Assembly (NCBI GenBank): GCA_029260935.1
Contig: JAJDCJ010000005.1
Span: forward strand, 16,073 to 80,072
Direction of reading: 5' to 3'
DNA length: 64,000 nt
Source: Patescibacteria group bacterium
GTDB taxonomy: Bacteria; Patescibacteriota; Minisyncoccia; Phycocordibacterales; Phycocordibacteraceae
In this document: one piece after another, positions 45,631 to 55,855 of the stretch
Layout: every line of letters begins with the position of its first letter
Numbering within the stretch: the first letter of the stretch is position 1
Notes under the pieces: model-generated
Seen by the model: only the letters and a program-made list of their open reading frames with translations
Told to the model about the DNA's origin: nothing
Databases searched by the model: none
Position numbers and translations under genes: made by a program

Positions 45631-45730
45631 ATCATCTGAACGGGATTATCAGTAATAACAGTGTGAACATATTCACTATACGCCCGTTTTTTTACCAAAG
45701 CAAATAGTGTGGCGCATCAGGGCTACTGCC

Positions 45731-45768
45731 TCAACAAAAAATCCCGCAATTGCGGGATTTTTTGTTGA
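45731..45768. terminator. Intrinsic terminator after clpP
   Basis: TCAACAAAAAATCCCGCAATTGCGGGATTTTTTGTTGA. Confidence 0.85.
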
Positions 45769-45776
45769 ATTTCAAT

Positions 45777-46391
45777 TTATGCTCGCGCCTTATATATATC
45801 GTCAATCACGCCGTACTTTTTCGCCTCATCAGCTGACATAAAGAAGTCACGATCTATATCTTTCTCAATTTGTGCCAGTGTTTGCCCCGTTGCTTTTGCC
45901 ATCATTTTTGCCAATTTCTCACGTGTCTTAATAATGTGACGCGCGGTAATTTCAATATCAGTTGCCTGACCTTGGGCGCCACCAAGTGGCTGATGAATCA
46001 TTACTTCTGCGTTGGGCAATGCAAAACGCTTTCCTTTTTGACCTTGCGACAGAAGCCACGCACCACCTGAGGCCGCCATACCAACACACACGGTAACTAC
46101 ATCCGGCTTTATATAATTCATAGTATCAATCATCGCAAGTGTTGAGGTGACCGAACCACCAGGGGAGTTGATGTAGAGGTAGATGTCTTTCTTTGGGTCT
46201 TCGGCCTCAAGAAAGAGAAGTTGGGCAATCACAAGGTTTGCGTTGTAGTCTTCAATAACACTACCCAGAAACACAATACGCTCCTTTAAAAGGCGAGAAT
46301 AAATGTCGTAGGCGCGCTCACCAAGGTTGGTTTTTTCAATTACCATTGGTACGATCATGCTGTTTTGTATAGGATTTAGTTCATCTTTCAT
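45777..46391 (-). CDS. clpP: ATP-dependent Clp protease proteolytic subunit
   Basis: [27 protein letters not shown]; start placed at MKDEL. Confidence 0.97.
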   Translation of the reverse strand: MKDELNPIQNSMIVPMVIEKTNLGERAYDIYSRLLKERIVFLGSVIEDYNANLVIAQLLFLEAEDPKKDIYLYINSPGGSVTSTLAMIDTMNYIKPDVVTVCVGMAASGGAWLLSQGQKGKRFALPNAEVMIHQPLGGAQGQATDIEITARHIIKTREKLAKMMAKATGQTLAQIEKDIDRDFFMSADEAKKYGVIDDIYKARA

Positions 46392-46428
46392 AGACACTAT
46401 GATACCGTAGACTACTTTTATTTACCAG

Positions 46429-46628
46429 CGACACCGCGTCGTATTCGTGTTTGAGCCGTTTACTATTTAAATGAGCAAGGACGGTCCTTGCTCATTTGTT
46501 TTCTCGCGGAGGGACTGCGGATGTATAAGGGAGTCCTTTCACATCAAAAATTAGTGACGTCGGACGTCACCCATTTTCTTTTGTTTTTATTTTATTGGAA
46601 AAATATGTACACGGCGTGTCAATATTTT
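46429..46628. repeat. Cluster of REP-like palindromes with 1-nt centres
   Basis: AAATGAGCAAGGAC-G-GTCCTTGCTCATTT 46469; GTGACGTC-G-GACGTCAC 46554; AAAATATGTACACG-G-CGTGTCAATATTTT 46600. Confidence 0.8.
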
Positions 46629-47796
46629 ATGGTTTTTTCTTTTTCTCTTCGGATGTATTCTCGGTGGTTTTTTTGGTTTCAGGTAGGTTAATTTTAATAC
46701 CCAAAGATTCCCATAATTTCTCGCGCATGAATTGTTCGTGCGCATAGGTGTGGGCTTGTTGATGCTCAACGCCTTGCTCTACAAGTTTGTGTGCAAACTC
46801 AGATTCTTTTTTCTTGTCATCTTCTGTGAGTTCTGGTTTTTCTTCTTTGATAATCTTGGCGAAAATAATATCAAGTACCACTCGTTTTCTGGCGCTCACT
46901 TTCAACTCTTCCTTTACTTGCTCTTCGCTCTTTCCAGCACGACTCAGGTAGTCGCTCCACTGAGTGTTTTGTGCGGTCACATCTTTTTTGAACATTTCAA
47001 GGAGCGCCCCTGCCTCTTCACTTACAATAAAGTGCGGAATACTGCACGAAGCTTTGGTGATGAGCGCTTCTGCGACGGCGCCACGTCTTTTTTGTTGCAC
47101 GCGGTCAGCAACTGCCTTTTGTGCTTCTCCTTCAATAAAGTGTTCTAGTGCGGCTCCATTTTCAAACCCAGCGGTTTTCGCTTCCTCGTCAGTAAGTGGT
47201 GTGTCTGCATTTTTGTCTTGGCTGTCCTCTTTGTTTTCAGTATCTTTTTTATCAGAAGCGTCTTTTGTTTTATCTTCTGTTTCTACTCCTCCTGCAGCCG
47301 CTATATTTCCCTTGGCAAGAGCTCTGATTTGTGTACGGAAAGCCTGTTTTGCCTGACTCTCTTCTTTCTGTGTGTCCTCTTTAGGTAAGGTATTCAACAC
47401 GCTTTTTGCGATCTCCTTATAGTCAGCAAGTTCACACGTAGGTGCCACTAGTGCCACTATTTCAAAATCAACGTCGCCTTTTTCTGTGCCGTCGCCCCGT
47501 GTCTTTAAAGAAAGCGTAAGTGGTGCAATAGGAAATACTTCTTCTTTAGTTAACATCTCTTGTGTTTCTTCGCTTAATGCCTTTTCAGCTGCGTCTTTCC
47601 ACAGAAAACCTGCACCGACTTCTTCAATCACCTTCTTTTGAGGAACATGGCCCTTACGAAAACCGGGGAGGGAAACCTCTTTCACTGCCCCTTCAACTGC
47701 TTTTTCATAAAATTTCTCTACAACGCTTGATGAGAGTGTTCCTTTTAAGACCACTTCGGCGTTTTCTTTTATTTCTTTTATTATATCCATTGCCAT
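46627..47796 (-). CDS. tig: Trigger factor (apparently lacking the FKBP PPIase domain)
   Basis: LPGFRKGHVP ribosome-binding motif; upstream of clpP; low-complexity linker where the PPIase domain would be. Confidence 0.88.
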   Translation of the reverse strand: MAMDIIKEIKENAEVVLKGTLSSSVVEKFYEKAVEGAVKEVSLPGFRKGHVPQKKVIEEVGAGFLWKDAAEKALSEETQEMLTKEEVFPIAPLTLSLKTRGDGTEKGDVDFEIVALVAPTCELADYKEIAKSVLNTLPKEDTQKEESQAKQAFRTQIRALAKGNIAAAGGVETEDKTKDASDKKDTENKEDSQDKNADTPLTDEEAKTAGFENGAALEHFIEGEAQKAVADRVQQKRRGAVAEALITKASCSIPHFIVSEEAGALLEMFKKDVTAQNTQWSDYLSRAGKSEEQVKEELKVSARKRVVLDIIFAKIIKEEKPELTEDDKKKESEFAHKLVEQGVEHQQAHTYAHEQFMREKLWESLGIKINLPETKKTTENTSEEKKKKP

Positions 47797-47819
47797 ATCC
47801 TACATGATTCTTATCAATA

Positions 47820-47855
47820 AAACAAAAAACCGAAGCGCGCTTCGGTTTTTTGTTA
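47820..47855. terminator. Intrinsic terminator
   Basis: AACAAAAAACCGAAGCGCGCTTCGGTTTTTTGTT. Confidence 0.8.
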
Positions 47856-47878
47856 CAACAGAAAAGAATTTCTATTCT

Positions 47879-48211
47879 CTACTGTAAGTTTAACTCTGCG
47901 TCTAGGTCGGCTTCAGCGGCATCAAGTCCAGAGAAATCAGAAGCATCTAGGTCGGCTTGAATATCATTGAGTTCAACTGATGCGCTCTGCGTACGAAGGA
48001 TCTCTTCTTCATCTTGCTGAGCTGTTGTTTGATCATCTGATTGAATTTGATCAATGCCAACAGTGAAGTAATACACTCCACCAAGCGCAAGCAAAATAAC
48101 AATAATAATGATCCCAATAATGGCCCCAGCTCCTCCTGAATGTCCTCCGGATGGTGGTGTCACCGACGTTGGCGTTGGTGTGGTTGTTTGTTCTTGTTCT
48201 ACGTTCTCCAT
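47879..48211 (-). CDS. Hypothetical single-TM protein
   Basis: GAIIGIIIIVILLALGGVYYF helix and acidic tail. Confidence 0.8.
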   Translation of the reverse strand: MENVEQEQTTTPTPTSVTPPSGGHSGGAGAIIGIIIIVILLALGGVYYFTVGIDQIQSDDQTTAQQDEEEILRTQSASVELNDIQADLDASDFSGLDAAEADLDAELNLQ

Positions 48212-48241
48212 ATTAGCTTAGTATACACGAAGATTAGGTGG

Positions 48242-49099
48242 TTAATTTGAGTCTGTTTCACTATCCTCATCGTGATCATCGTCGTCATTGTTATCCTCGT
48301 CGCGGTCTTCATCCCTACTATCCGTCAAGATTCTTACTGCCTCCCGAACAGATTTATGTGCGTCTTTTATATTATCTCTTGCGTCCTTGATAACTTCTTT
48401 GGCATCTTTAAGTGCCTCTCGTAAATCTTCCCGTGTGAGGTCTTCACCTGACCCAAACACTGAAGAGATAATACCGTCAAGTTCAATCAGGTTGGCTTCA
48501 GCTGAAGACAGCTCAAAGAGGGCTTCGTCAAGATGAAGTCGTGCACCTGTAGTGTCTATCCCGCGCGCGTCAAGGTTGTCTGTATGGGTTTCAATGCGTG
48601 CAATAAACCCTTCAATTCTTTCAATTGATGCGTCAAGGAGTCGGATGAAACGATTGAGGTGTGCCTCGGCTCTATCAACAACTCTGTCGCCAAGAGCTTG
48701 GTCGCGCCTGTCGCGACGGTCATGAGACTCATCCCGGATTCTTTGACGTACATCGCTATGAGAAGACTCGCTTCTTTCACGAACCTCACTACGATGTTCT
48801 TCTGTACGACCCTGTGCGTCACGCACTTCACTGCGAACCTCTTCACGTTTTTGAAGCGTGCGTGTTTTAACATCAACACGTTTTTCTTTAAGAGATTCTT
48901 TTCTTTCTTTGATTCGCTCGCGAATAAGAGTCGGTGTTGGACGATCTTTTTTCACTTCACCGAACAGTTCAGGGTGTGGTCCGCGACTATCGGTGTCCAC
49001 ATCATCGTCTGCGTGGGCAAACCCCGAAGGGGCAACGAGAAGTAGCCCAAGTATTACGAAACCAAATAAGGTTTGCTTTGCAACTATTTGTAATGTCAT
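48242..49099 (-). CDS. Hypothetical secreted coiled-coil protein
   Basis: Signal peptide ending AHA; charged helical body. Confidence 0.8.
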   Translation of the reverse strand: MTLQIVAKQTLFGFVILGLLLVAPSGFAHADDDVDTDSRGPHPELFGEVKKDRPTPTLIRERIKERKESLKEKRVDVKTRTLQKREEVRSEVRDAQGRTEEHRSEVRERSESSHSDVRQRIRDESHDRRDRRDQALGDRVVDRAEAHLNRFIRLLDASIERIEGFIARIETHTDNLDARGIDTTGARLHLDEALFELSSAEANLIELDGIISSVFGSGEDLTREDLREALKDAKEVIKDARDNIKDAHKSVREAVRILTDSRDEDRDEDNNDDDDHDEDSETDSN

Positions 49100-49262
49100 A
49101 GGTGGAATAATTTAATTTTTAGAATAATATATCAGTCAACAGAAAGCTTGCTTCCAAACTCACTTCTCTACATTCTATAACGTTTTTTTTGTGTTTCTTA
49201 TTATAAAAACCCCCTCGTGGGGGTTCAAAAGCGCTCTTTAGCTAGTATGTTATTACCGTGAA

Positions 49263-50312
49263 CTAGAAGGGATTCCGGGCACCGCGTACTTCAAAGTGAA
49301 GATGGGGGCCTGTTGACCGTCCCGTATTACCAACGGCACCAATCACTTGACCTTGCACTACATAAGCGCCGGCAAACACATACGTGTTGGAGAGATGAGC
49401 ATAGAGTGTTTGTGTTCCGTTGTTGTGACGCACTACGATGTACTGTCCATAGCCACCGTTGTATCCAAAACTACGAGAGAGAATAACTTGACCTGAAGCC
49501 GAAGCAAGCACTGCGGTTCCTGTTCTCGCTGCAATATCAATGCCGTTGTATCCATGAATACCCTGACTTCGTCTTCCGCCGACTATTGGTCGTAAGAAGT
49601 AGCCGTCAAGTGAAGGGCCGCCAGCGCCGCGCGCAACTGAACGGATTGACGCTGAAGAAATGGTTTGAGGAGCGGCACCATAGGGAACAATGACAATATC
49701 TCCTACTGCAAGCGAGGCGTCTGCGCTTAAGGAGTTAAAATCAAGCACCTCATCAAGCTCTCCTTTGTATTTTTTGGTAATTGAAGCCAGTGTTTCGCCT
49801 TTCTTGACCGTATGCCGTATGCCGGAGACTGGCAAAATTGCCAGAGTTTCCCCGGGGCGAATAACATTGCCACGCGCAAGGTCGTTTGCCCAGATAATAG
49901 TATTAGTTGAAACATTGAAAAGCTCAGCAATTTGGGAGAGTGTGTCGCCTTCACGAACTACATATATTGAAATCTGATCAGCCCCTGGATGTGCCACCTC
50001 AATGTCGGCAAGTGTACCTGAGGGACCAATTTCAGGAACCAAAGCAACACCGCCGGCTATAGTAATATCTCCCCCTCCCTTTGCTGGGTTCGGATCAACG
50101 TTAAGTGCTGCTCTGAGCGCCGGTGTTTCCGAAACCCGGTGGAGTCGTATGTCACTTGAAGCGCGTACTAAACTTGATCCAAAAGAGAGAATGCTTTGTA
50201 TAGAAAACGCATGGGTGTTTTGTGGCACCACCGCAAAGGTAAGCGCAAGAAGCCCTATTAAAGATACGGCAAGCGCTTTTTTTTCTGTTGCTTGTTGAGT
50301 TATTTTTCTCAC
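49263..50312 (-). CDS. LysM-domain M23 peptidase
   Basis: Two LysM (YVVREGDTLSQIA, HTVKKGETL), GIDIA, YAHL, TGPHLHFEV. Confidence 0.95.
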   Translation of the reverse strand: MRKITQQATEKKALAVSLIGLLALTFAVVPQNTHAFSIQSILSFGSSLVRASSDIRLHRVSETPALRAALNVDPNPAKGGGDITIAGGVALVPEIGPSGTLADIEVAHPGADQISIYVVREGDTLSQIAELFNVSTNTIIWANDLARGNVIRPGETLAILPVSGIRHTVKKGETLASITKKYKGELDEVLDFNSLSADASLAVGDIVIVPYGAAPQTISSASIRSVARGAGGPSLDGYFLRPIVGGRRSQGIHGYNGIDIAARTGTAVLASASGQVILSRSFGYNGGYGQYIVVRHNNGTQTLYAHLSNTYVFAGAYVVQGQVIGAVGNTGRSTGPHLHFEVRGARNPF

Positions 50313-50608
50313 TGTCTCAACAAGGTTGTTGTGTTTTTTTCCTATAAGAATTCCCCTCGGGAGCTGTAATCAGTGGTTTCAGAATGTGGCTTTGTTAAGC
50401 CATATACAACCGTCTTCTGTGTGTCAGAATATGACCACTATACGCTCCACGAGAGGGAAGTCAATGCGAAAAAAAAGTCTTCGTGGACAGTGTTAAAAGC
50501 TTGACATTGGCACTTTAATGTTATATTGTACGGTAAATTTCGGACGCGAGTAGAGGCCATTAATAATACGCCTGCATTACTTTCCGTACGTTTTTACTTT
50601 AAAACATT

Positions 50609-52285
50609 ATGATACTTTACGAACTGTTAAACACACTTGATATAGACCCTGTCACACTCACCAAAAGAGTTTTAGGGGTGACACTAGAAAATACTACCGC
50701 GTCTCTGGACACGACAGCTTCATCAAATGTGACCGAAACACTTCTTCCAGTTGATAGCTCTACAGTAGTAGAGGAGATGCCTTATGGAGCGAGCGACACT
50801 ACAGGAGACGCAGTGTCTGCGCCCGAATCAGAGACTATTAGTGACGCCGTGATAATTGAAGAGGTTAGTGTTCCATGCCCTGACACGTACGTTATTGAAA
50901 ATGAAATAGTTATTTCACCAGGGTGTACGGGAGTTATCCAAGGGCTTCAAGAGTGGGCACAAAATGCTATCAGCAGTGGCGCCGGCATTGATACGTATCC
51001 TCAGGGGTCTGTTCCTGACCGCTTAATTGAAGCCATGCTTTCAGGAAACGGCTCAGAGGTAGCAACTGATATTGCAAAAGAACAAGGACTTTTTATACCT
51101 GACGCTGAAAAAGATAGTTTTAATTTATACAAAGATTCTATTATTAGCATGGACCAAGATGGTGGGCTACACATTGTTAATCCGAACGGGAGCACCGCAC
51201 ATACCTTGTGGAACCAGTGCGACCAAAACCCCTACACTGGCACGCGCATGATTGCAACAGGGCCTTGTGTGCCGTGTACACCTGAAGTAGTCCCGGTGCC
51301 TGAGATCATTCCAGAGCCAGAACCTGTGCCACTAGTAGCTGAACTACCACCCGAGCCAGAACAACCGTCAGTTGTAGAGCACCCACCGATCGCCGACAAC
51401 TACTCTGTGTGGAAACAAGAGCTTCTTCTTGGGTGTGTTGACAATGTATGTTCAAACACTGCCTACGGCACCGTTATTGTTGTCCAACCTGAGATTGCAA
51501 ATATGAGCCCGAAAGAACTTCTTGAAAAGGGAAGAGAGATTGCAAAAATAGTTCCCGATGGATATCAGGAAGTGCTTAACCCAGAAAAGCGATTTATTAT
51601 GCTCGGCGATGGGCGATGTATTAGTTTATATGACGGCCATGTCTACCGCTACGACCCAAATGTCGGCGGCCCACGCTCGCTTATTCATGAATTGAAGCCA
51701 GATCAGGTTGATGACTACCTACGAAGCACGCTTGATGGAGAAAGTGATGTTATTCCGACACCGGGCGAGCCGTTGAGGTTAATACCTGCTGATATTGACG
51801 GGGATGGTAAGGCAGACACACTTTACCAAACGGATCGTTCAGTTGACAGCACAAAGTTCCTCACACAACACAATGCGGGTCACGATATTTTTGGAGATAA
51901 AGGTGGACTTGTGCCAGGAGAAGACGGTTACAGCGACCAAGTGATTGAAAACCAGCGAACCTGGAATAAAATGTTATCTCTATCACTACCGGAAGATCTT
52001 AATCCAATAACAAACCCTGATTTGACCCGCGATGGATTTCTTGAAGCACTTGACGATTACTATGACAGTGAAGGTATTCATCTTTCCAAGAAAGAGTTGA
52101 ATGACCTCGCGTGGTACTTAAGTGTGTATGACACCGAGTCAGCACCGGGTGCTCTAGGATCACCGGCTAACATTGATAACCAAAACTATACGTCGTTCAC
52201 CCGACCTGATGGTTCAATGAAAACACTGGGCGAGTTCCTTGAAGACGCCGCCGTTGAGGCAAAAAAGCAAGGAGACATGTACTAG
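50609..52285 (+). CDS. Hypothetical acidic protein
   Basis: 558-aa ORF, Pro/Glu linker, Cys pairs, DIDGDGKAD motif; TTGACA promoter upstream and terminator downstream. Confidence 0.75.
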   Translation: MILYELLNTLDIDPVTLTKRVLGVTLENTTASLDTTASSNVTETLLPVDSSTVVEEMPYGASDTTGDAVSAPESETISDAVIIEEVSVPCPDTYVIENEIVISPGCTGVIQGLQEWAQNAISSGAGIDTYPQGSVPDRLIEAMLSGNGSEVATDIAKEQGLFIPDAEKDSFNLYKDSIISMDQDGGLHIVNPNGSTAHTLWNQCDQNPYTGTRMIATGPCVPCTPEVVPVPEIIPEPEPVPLVAELPPEPEQPSVVEHPPIADNYSVWKQELLLGCVDNVCSNTAYGTVIVVQPEIANMSPKELLEKGREIAKIVPDGYQEVLNPEKRFIMLGDGRCISLYDGHVYRYDPNVGGPRSLIHELKPDQVDDYLRSTLDGESDVIPTPGEPLRLIPADIDGDGKADTLYQTDRSVDSTKFLTQHNAGHDIFGDKGGLVPGEDGYSDQVIENQRTWNKMLSLSLPEDLNPITNPDLTRDGFLEALDDYYDSEGIHLSKKELNDLAWYLSVYDTESAPGALGSPANIDNQNYTSFTRPDGSMKTLGEFLEDAAVEAKKQGDMY

Positions 52286-52367
52286 TTTTATAGACGGCAC
52301 TTCTTTCCATCACCGCCTCACATAAGGCGGTGATTTTTTATACATAATACTTTTCTACAAACACAGA

Positions 52368-52404
52368 CATCAAAATATGGACACGGCGTGTCCATATTTT
52401 GATG
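52368..52404. repeat. 37-bp palindrome, same family as 46600-46628
   Basis: CATCAAAATATGGACACG-G-CGTGTCCATATTTTGATG. Confidence 0.85.
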
Positions 52405-52505
52405 CGGATAGAGAAAAACTTTTATTGCACAGAAGCAAAACGTATAGCCCCCATGGTGTAAAAATAAGTGTAGGGGTATAGTGAGTACACTCTGCAACTT
52501 TTTTC

Positions 52506-54482
52506 ATGCACGACTCCCTCAATCCACAACAAAAAAAAGCAGTACTCCATAAAAATGGCGCGCTTTTAATTTTGGCAGGGGCGGGAGCTGGTAAAACACG
52601 CGTTATTACACACCGTATTGCAGATATTATCCGCGAAGGGACTCCGCCCGAGAAAATTTTAGCGGTGACCTTTACCAACAAAGCGGCAAAAGAGATGCGC
52701 GAGCGCGTTGAGAAAATTACGAGAGAGCAGTGGGAACTTTCACCGTACGATACGCCACGTACAGCGCCGTTTATCGGTACCTTTCACGCACTGTCGCTTC
52801 ACATTATAAAAACATTTCATACACAGGCGAATTTACCAAAACGTTTTAGTATTTTTGACCGCTCAGATTCACTCAAAGCTGTAAAAAAGGCAATAGAACA
52901 GGCAGGTTTTGACCCGAAAGAGCTGGAACCGCGACGTGTACTTTCAGTGATGGGTCGCGCAAAAGGGGACGCGCTTTCGGTTGAGACATTTAAAAATGAA
53001 CGTACCTCTTCTTATATTGATGAGGCAATAGCAGAGGTGTGGGAGAAATATGACGCTCTTTTAAGAAAAGAACACGCGCTTGATTTTGACGATATTTTAG
53101 TGCGCGCATGGCGCCTCCTCAAAGACCACACAGAGGTACGTGATTTTTTTCAAAGCGCATGGGACTACATCCACGTTGATGAGTACCAGGATACAAACCG
53201 CGTGCAGTATGAATTGATAAAACTATTGTCAGAAAATCACGGCAACGTGTGTGCGGTGGGTGACGCCGACCAAAATATTTACAGTTGGCGGGGTGCCTCA
53301 CTTAAACATATTCTAAATTTTGAAAAAGATTTCCCTGATGCAACACTACTTTTGCTTACCCAAAATTACCGCTCAACTAAAACAATCATACAAGCGGCAA
53401 ACGACGCCATTGCAAAAAATATACAAAGGAAAGAAAAAGAGCTGTTTACTGAAAACACAGACGGGGAACGTATTTCACTTGTTGAACATCACGACGAAAC
53501 ACGCGAGGCGCAGTTTATTGCCAGTGAGTGTCGTGTACTTATTGAAAGAGGCGCCTCACCAAATAATATTGCTGTGTTGTATCGGGCTAATTTTCAGTCA
53601 CGTATTTTGGAAGAAGCGTTTTTAGCCTTCGGCGTTCCGTACCAAGTATTAGGAACACGTTTTTTTGAACGCAAAGAAATAAAAGACACGTTGTCATATA
53701 TTCGCTTGGCACTCAACCCGGAAAGTACCACCGACCTTGCACGCATTATGAATGTTCCTGCGCGCGGTATTGGAAAAGTAACACTTGCAAAAGTGGTAAA
53801 CGGCGGACGCGTGACACTGAATGCCGCACAAGAAATAAAAGTCGCTGACTTCTTTTCTCGTATAGAACGCATACGTACTGTATTAAAAACAAGGAAGGTT
53901 TCAGAGGCAGTTCATTTTGTAATACGTGAAAGTGGACTGCTGGGAATGTACAAAGAAGGGAAGGGAGAGGATGAGGAACGTGCAGAAAACCTTGCCGAGC
54001 TGGTAAGTGTTGCCACTAAATATGATTCTTTTGAGTCAGAAGAAGGTATGCAGTTGTTTGTAGAGGAGGCGATGTTGCAATCAGATCAAGATGAACTTTC
54101 AAGCGAATTATCTGACCAAAAAAAGCAAAAAGAGAAAGAAAAGAAAGACGGGGTAAAACTCATGACAATTCACGCGGCAAAGGGTTTGGAGTTTAATACT
54201 GTCTTTGTTGCAGGGCTTGAAGAGGGGTTGTTTCCGCACGAGAGAGACAGCTCAGACACGATGGACACCGAGGAAGAACGGCGTCTTTTCTATGTGGCAC
54301 TCACTCGTGCAGAACAAAAGCTGTATCTTACCTACGCACTGAGTAGAAGAATTTTTGGCACTCGTTCACTGAATATCCCTTCAACATTTGTCACTGAAAT
54401 AGACCCTGCCCTTGTTGACGTAACGGTTGCCGAAACAAACTTTTTAGACGATAGTGGTGGTACTGATGGCATTATTTTCTAA
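52506..54482 (+). CDS. pcrA: UvrD/PcrA helicase
   Basis: AGAGAGKT, VTFTNKAA, VDEYQD, QNYRS, TIHAAKGLEF, EERRLFYVA. Confidence 0.96.
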   Translation: MHDSLNPQQKKAVLHKNGALLILAGAGAGKTRVITHRIADIIREGTPPEKILAVTFTNKAAKEMRERVEKITREQWELSPYDTPRTAPFIGTFHALSLHIIKTFHTQANLPKRFSIFDRSDSLKAVKKAIEQAGFDPKELEPRRVLSVMGRAKGDALSVETFKNERTSSYIDEAIAEVWEKYDALLRKEHALDFDDILVRAWRLLKDHTEVRDFFQSAWDYIHVDEYQDTNRVQYELIKLLSENHGNVCAVGDADQNIYSWRGASLKHILNFEKDFPDATLLLLTQNYRSTKTIIQAANDAIAKNIQRKEKELFTENTDGERISLVEHHDETREAQFIASECRVLIERGASPNNIAVLYRANFQSRILEEAFLAFGVPYQVLGTRFFERKEIKDTLSYIRLALNPESTTDLARIMNVPARGIGKVTLAKVVNGGRVTLNAAQEIKVADFFSRIERIRTVLKTRKVSEAVHFVIRESGLLGMYKEGKGEDEERAENLAELVSVATKYDSFESEEGMQLFVEEAMLQSDQDELSSELSDQKKQKEKEKKDGVKLMTIHAAKGLEFNTVFVAGLEEGLFPHERDSSDTMDTEEERRLFYVALTRAEQKLYLTYALSRRIFGTRSLNIPSTFVTEIDPALVDVTVAETNFLDDSGGTDGIIF

Positions 54483-55350
54483 TAAAAAAAATAAGGGAGC
54501 ACCGCTTGGGCAACACTTTTTAACGTCACGGTACATCGCGCGCGACGTGTGTGAGGCGGTTGATGTTACCAAAGGTGAAACCATTCTTGAAGTAGGGCCG
54601 GGGAAGGGAATCTTAACCCACGAACTTCTTGAAAAAGGAGCGTCTCTTATTGCAGTTGAAAAAGACTCTGAAATGGTTATAGCTCTCAAAGAAACTTTTG
54701 CAAAAGAAATTTCAAACGGTCAACTGACGCTTTACGAAGAAGATGCGCGCACTTTTTTACTGAATGCTAAGCACTCATTACCGGATGCTGGGTACAAAGT
54801 CGTTGCAAACATTCCGTACTATATAACCGGTGAGTTGTTACGACTTTTTTTAACCGCGCCCGTACAACCAACCGCTGTTTCTTTGTTGGTGCAAAAAGAA
54901 GTTGCCGAACGTATTGCGCGAGAGAAAAAAGAAAGTATTCTTTCGCTTTCAGTTAAGGCGTATGGTACTCCTCGGTATGTAAAAACAGTAAAAGCAGGGA
55001 GTTTCAACCCTGCACCAAAGGTAGACTCTGCGATTCTTGCAATTACAAATATCTCAAGAAAAAATTTCACCCCCAACCCCCATATGCTTGATGTCCGACA
55101 TCAAGCATATGGGGGAGAAGAGGGCGTAGCAGAAAAGGAGAAGAGGTTTTTTGAACTCCTCCATGTCGGCTTTGGACAGAAAAGAAAAACACTCCTTGGC
55201 AATATAAAAAGAGCATTCGGCAGTGAGCACTCAGCAGTGAGCGCTGTGAAAATTGAAAAGGTTTTTGAAAAATGCAACCTAGATAAAAAAGTGCGGGCGG
55301 AGGATGTGCCACTTGAAACATGGCTCATCCTTGCGCGAGAGCTTTTATAG
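54466..55350 (+). CDS. rsmA: 16S rRNA dimethyladenosine transferase
   Basis: LGQHFL, LEVGPGKG, VANIPYYIT, QKEVAER, PAPKVDS; start placed at MALF. Confidence 0.96.
   Translation: MALFSNKKNKGAPLGQHFLTSRYIARDVCEAVDVTKGETILEVGPGKGILTHELLEKGASLIAVEKDSEMVIALKETFAKEISNGQLTLYEEDARTFLLNAKHSLPDAGYKVVANIPYYITGELLRLFLTAPVQPTAVSLLVQKEVAERIAREKKESILSLSVKAYGTPRYVKTVKAGSFNPAPKVDSAILAITNISRKNFTPNPHMLDVRHQAYGGEEGVAEKEKRFFELLHVGFGQKRKTLLGNIKRAFGSEHSAVSAVKIEKVFEKCNLDKKVRAEDVPLETWLILARELL
55077..55115. repeat. 39-bp palindrome inside the rsmA reading frame
   Basis: CCCCCATATGCTTGATGTC-C-GACATCAAGCATATGGGGG. Confidence 0.9.
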
Positions 55351-55354
55351 AAAA

Positions 55355-55717
55355 CTAAAAACCGAGTTTACTTGACCCGTGCCCCGGCGCACTGTCTATT
55401 TTAATACCCACGATACTTGTTTTAATGCCTGTAATACACGTGATGTCAGGGATGCCCGAGCCAAGACCCCACTGCCCTTTCCTTGTGAGGGGACCGAAAA
55501 GATATGAGCGAGTAAATCCTGGCTGTGTAATTGCACTAAAAGGACCAAAGGTATTGCCTAAAAACCCAATCATTTCAACGGCAAATGCGCCGGGAATGTT
55601 CAAACATGGCTGAGGAGCCGGGGAAATGACGCGTCCTCCAAAGGGAACCAGGGCAAAACTAGAAAGAGGAAAACTGAATGCGAGTATGGTGCCGAAAATA
55701 AAAACAATCTTTTTCAT
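55355..55717 (-). CDS. Small secreted protein
   Basis: Signal peptide MKKIVF...SFA, PFGG motif, Cys pair. Confidence 0.75.
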   Translation of the reverse strand: MKKIVFIFGTILAFSFPLSSFALVPFGGRVISPAPQPCLNIPGAFAVEMIGFLGNTFGPFSAITQPGFTRSYLFGPLTRKGQWGLGSGIPDITCITGIKTSIVGIKIDSAPGHGSSKLGF

Positions 55718-55855
55718 TATTTTTACCATACCACACAGAAAAAACCCGTTCGTTTAAAACGGGTATAGTGCTCGCGTTTTACAGAAATACCTATCAACAG
55801 AAACCACCGCTTGTGGCGCTCCTGAAAGAAATCAAGGGGGTATACTGGAAGGACA

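Noticed and set aside
50313-50460. c-di-AMP (ydaO) riboswitch upstream of the LysM-M23 gene
   Set aside because: Only short fragments resemble the consensus; required pairings not found.
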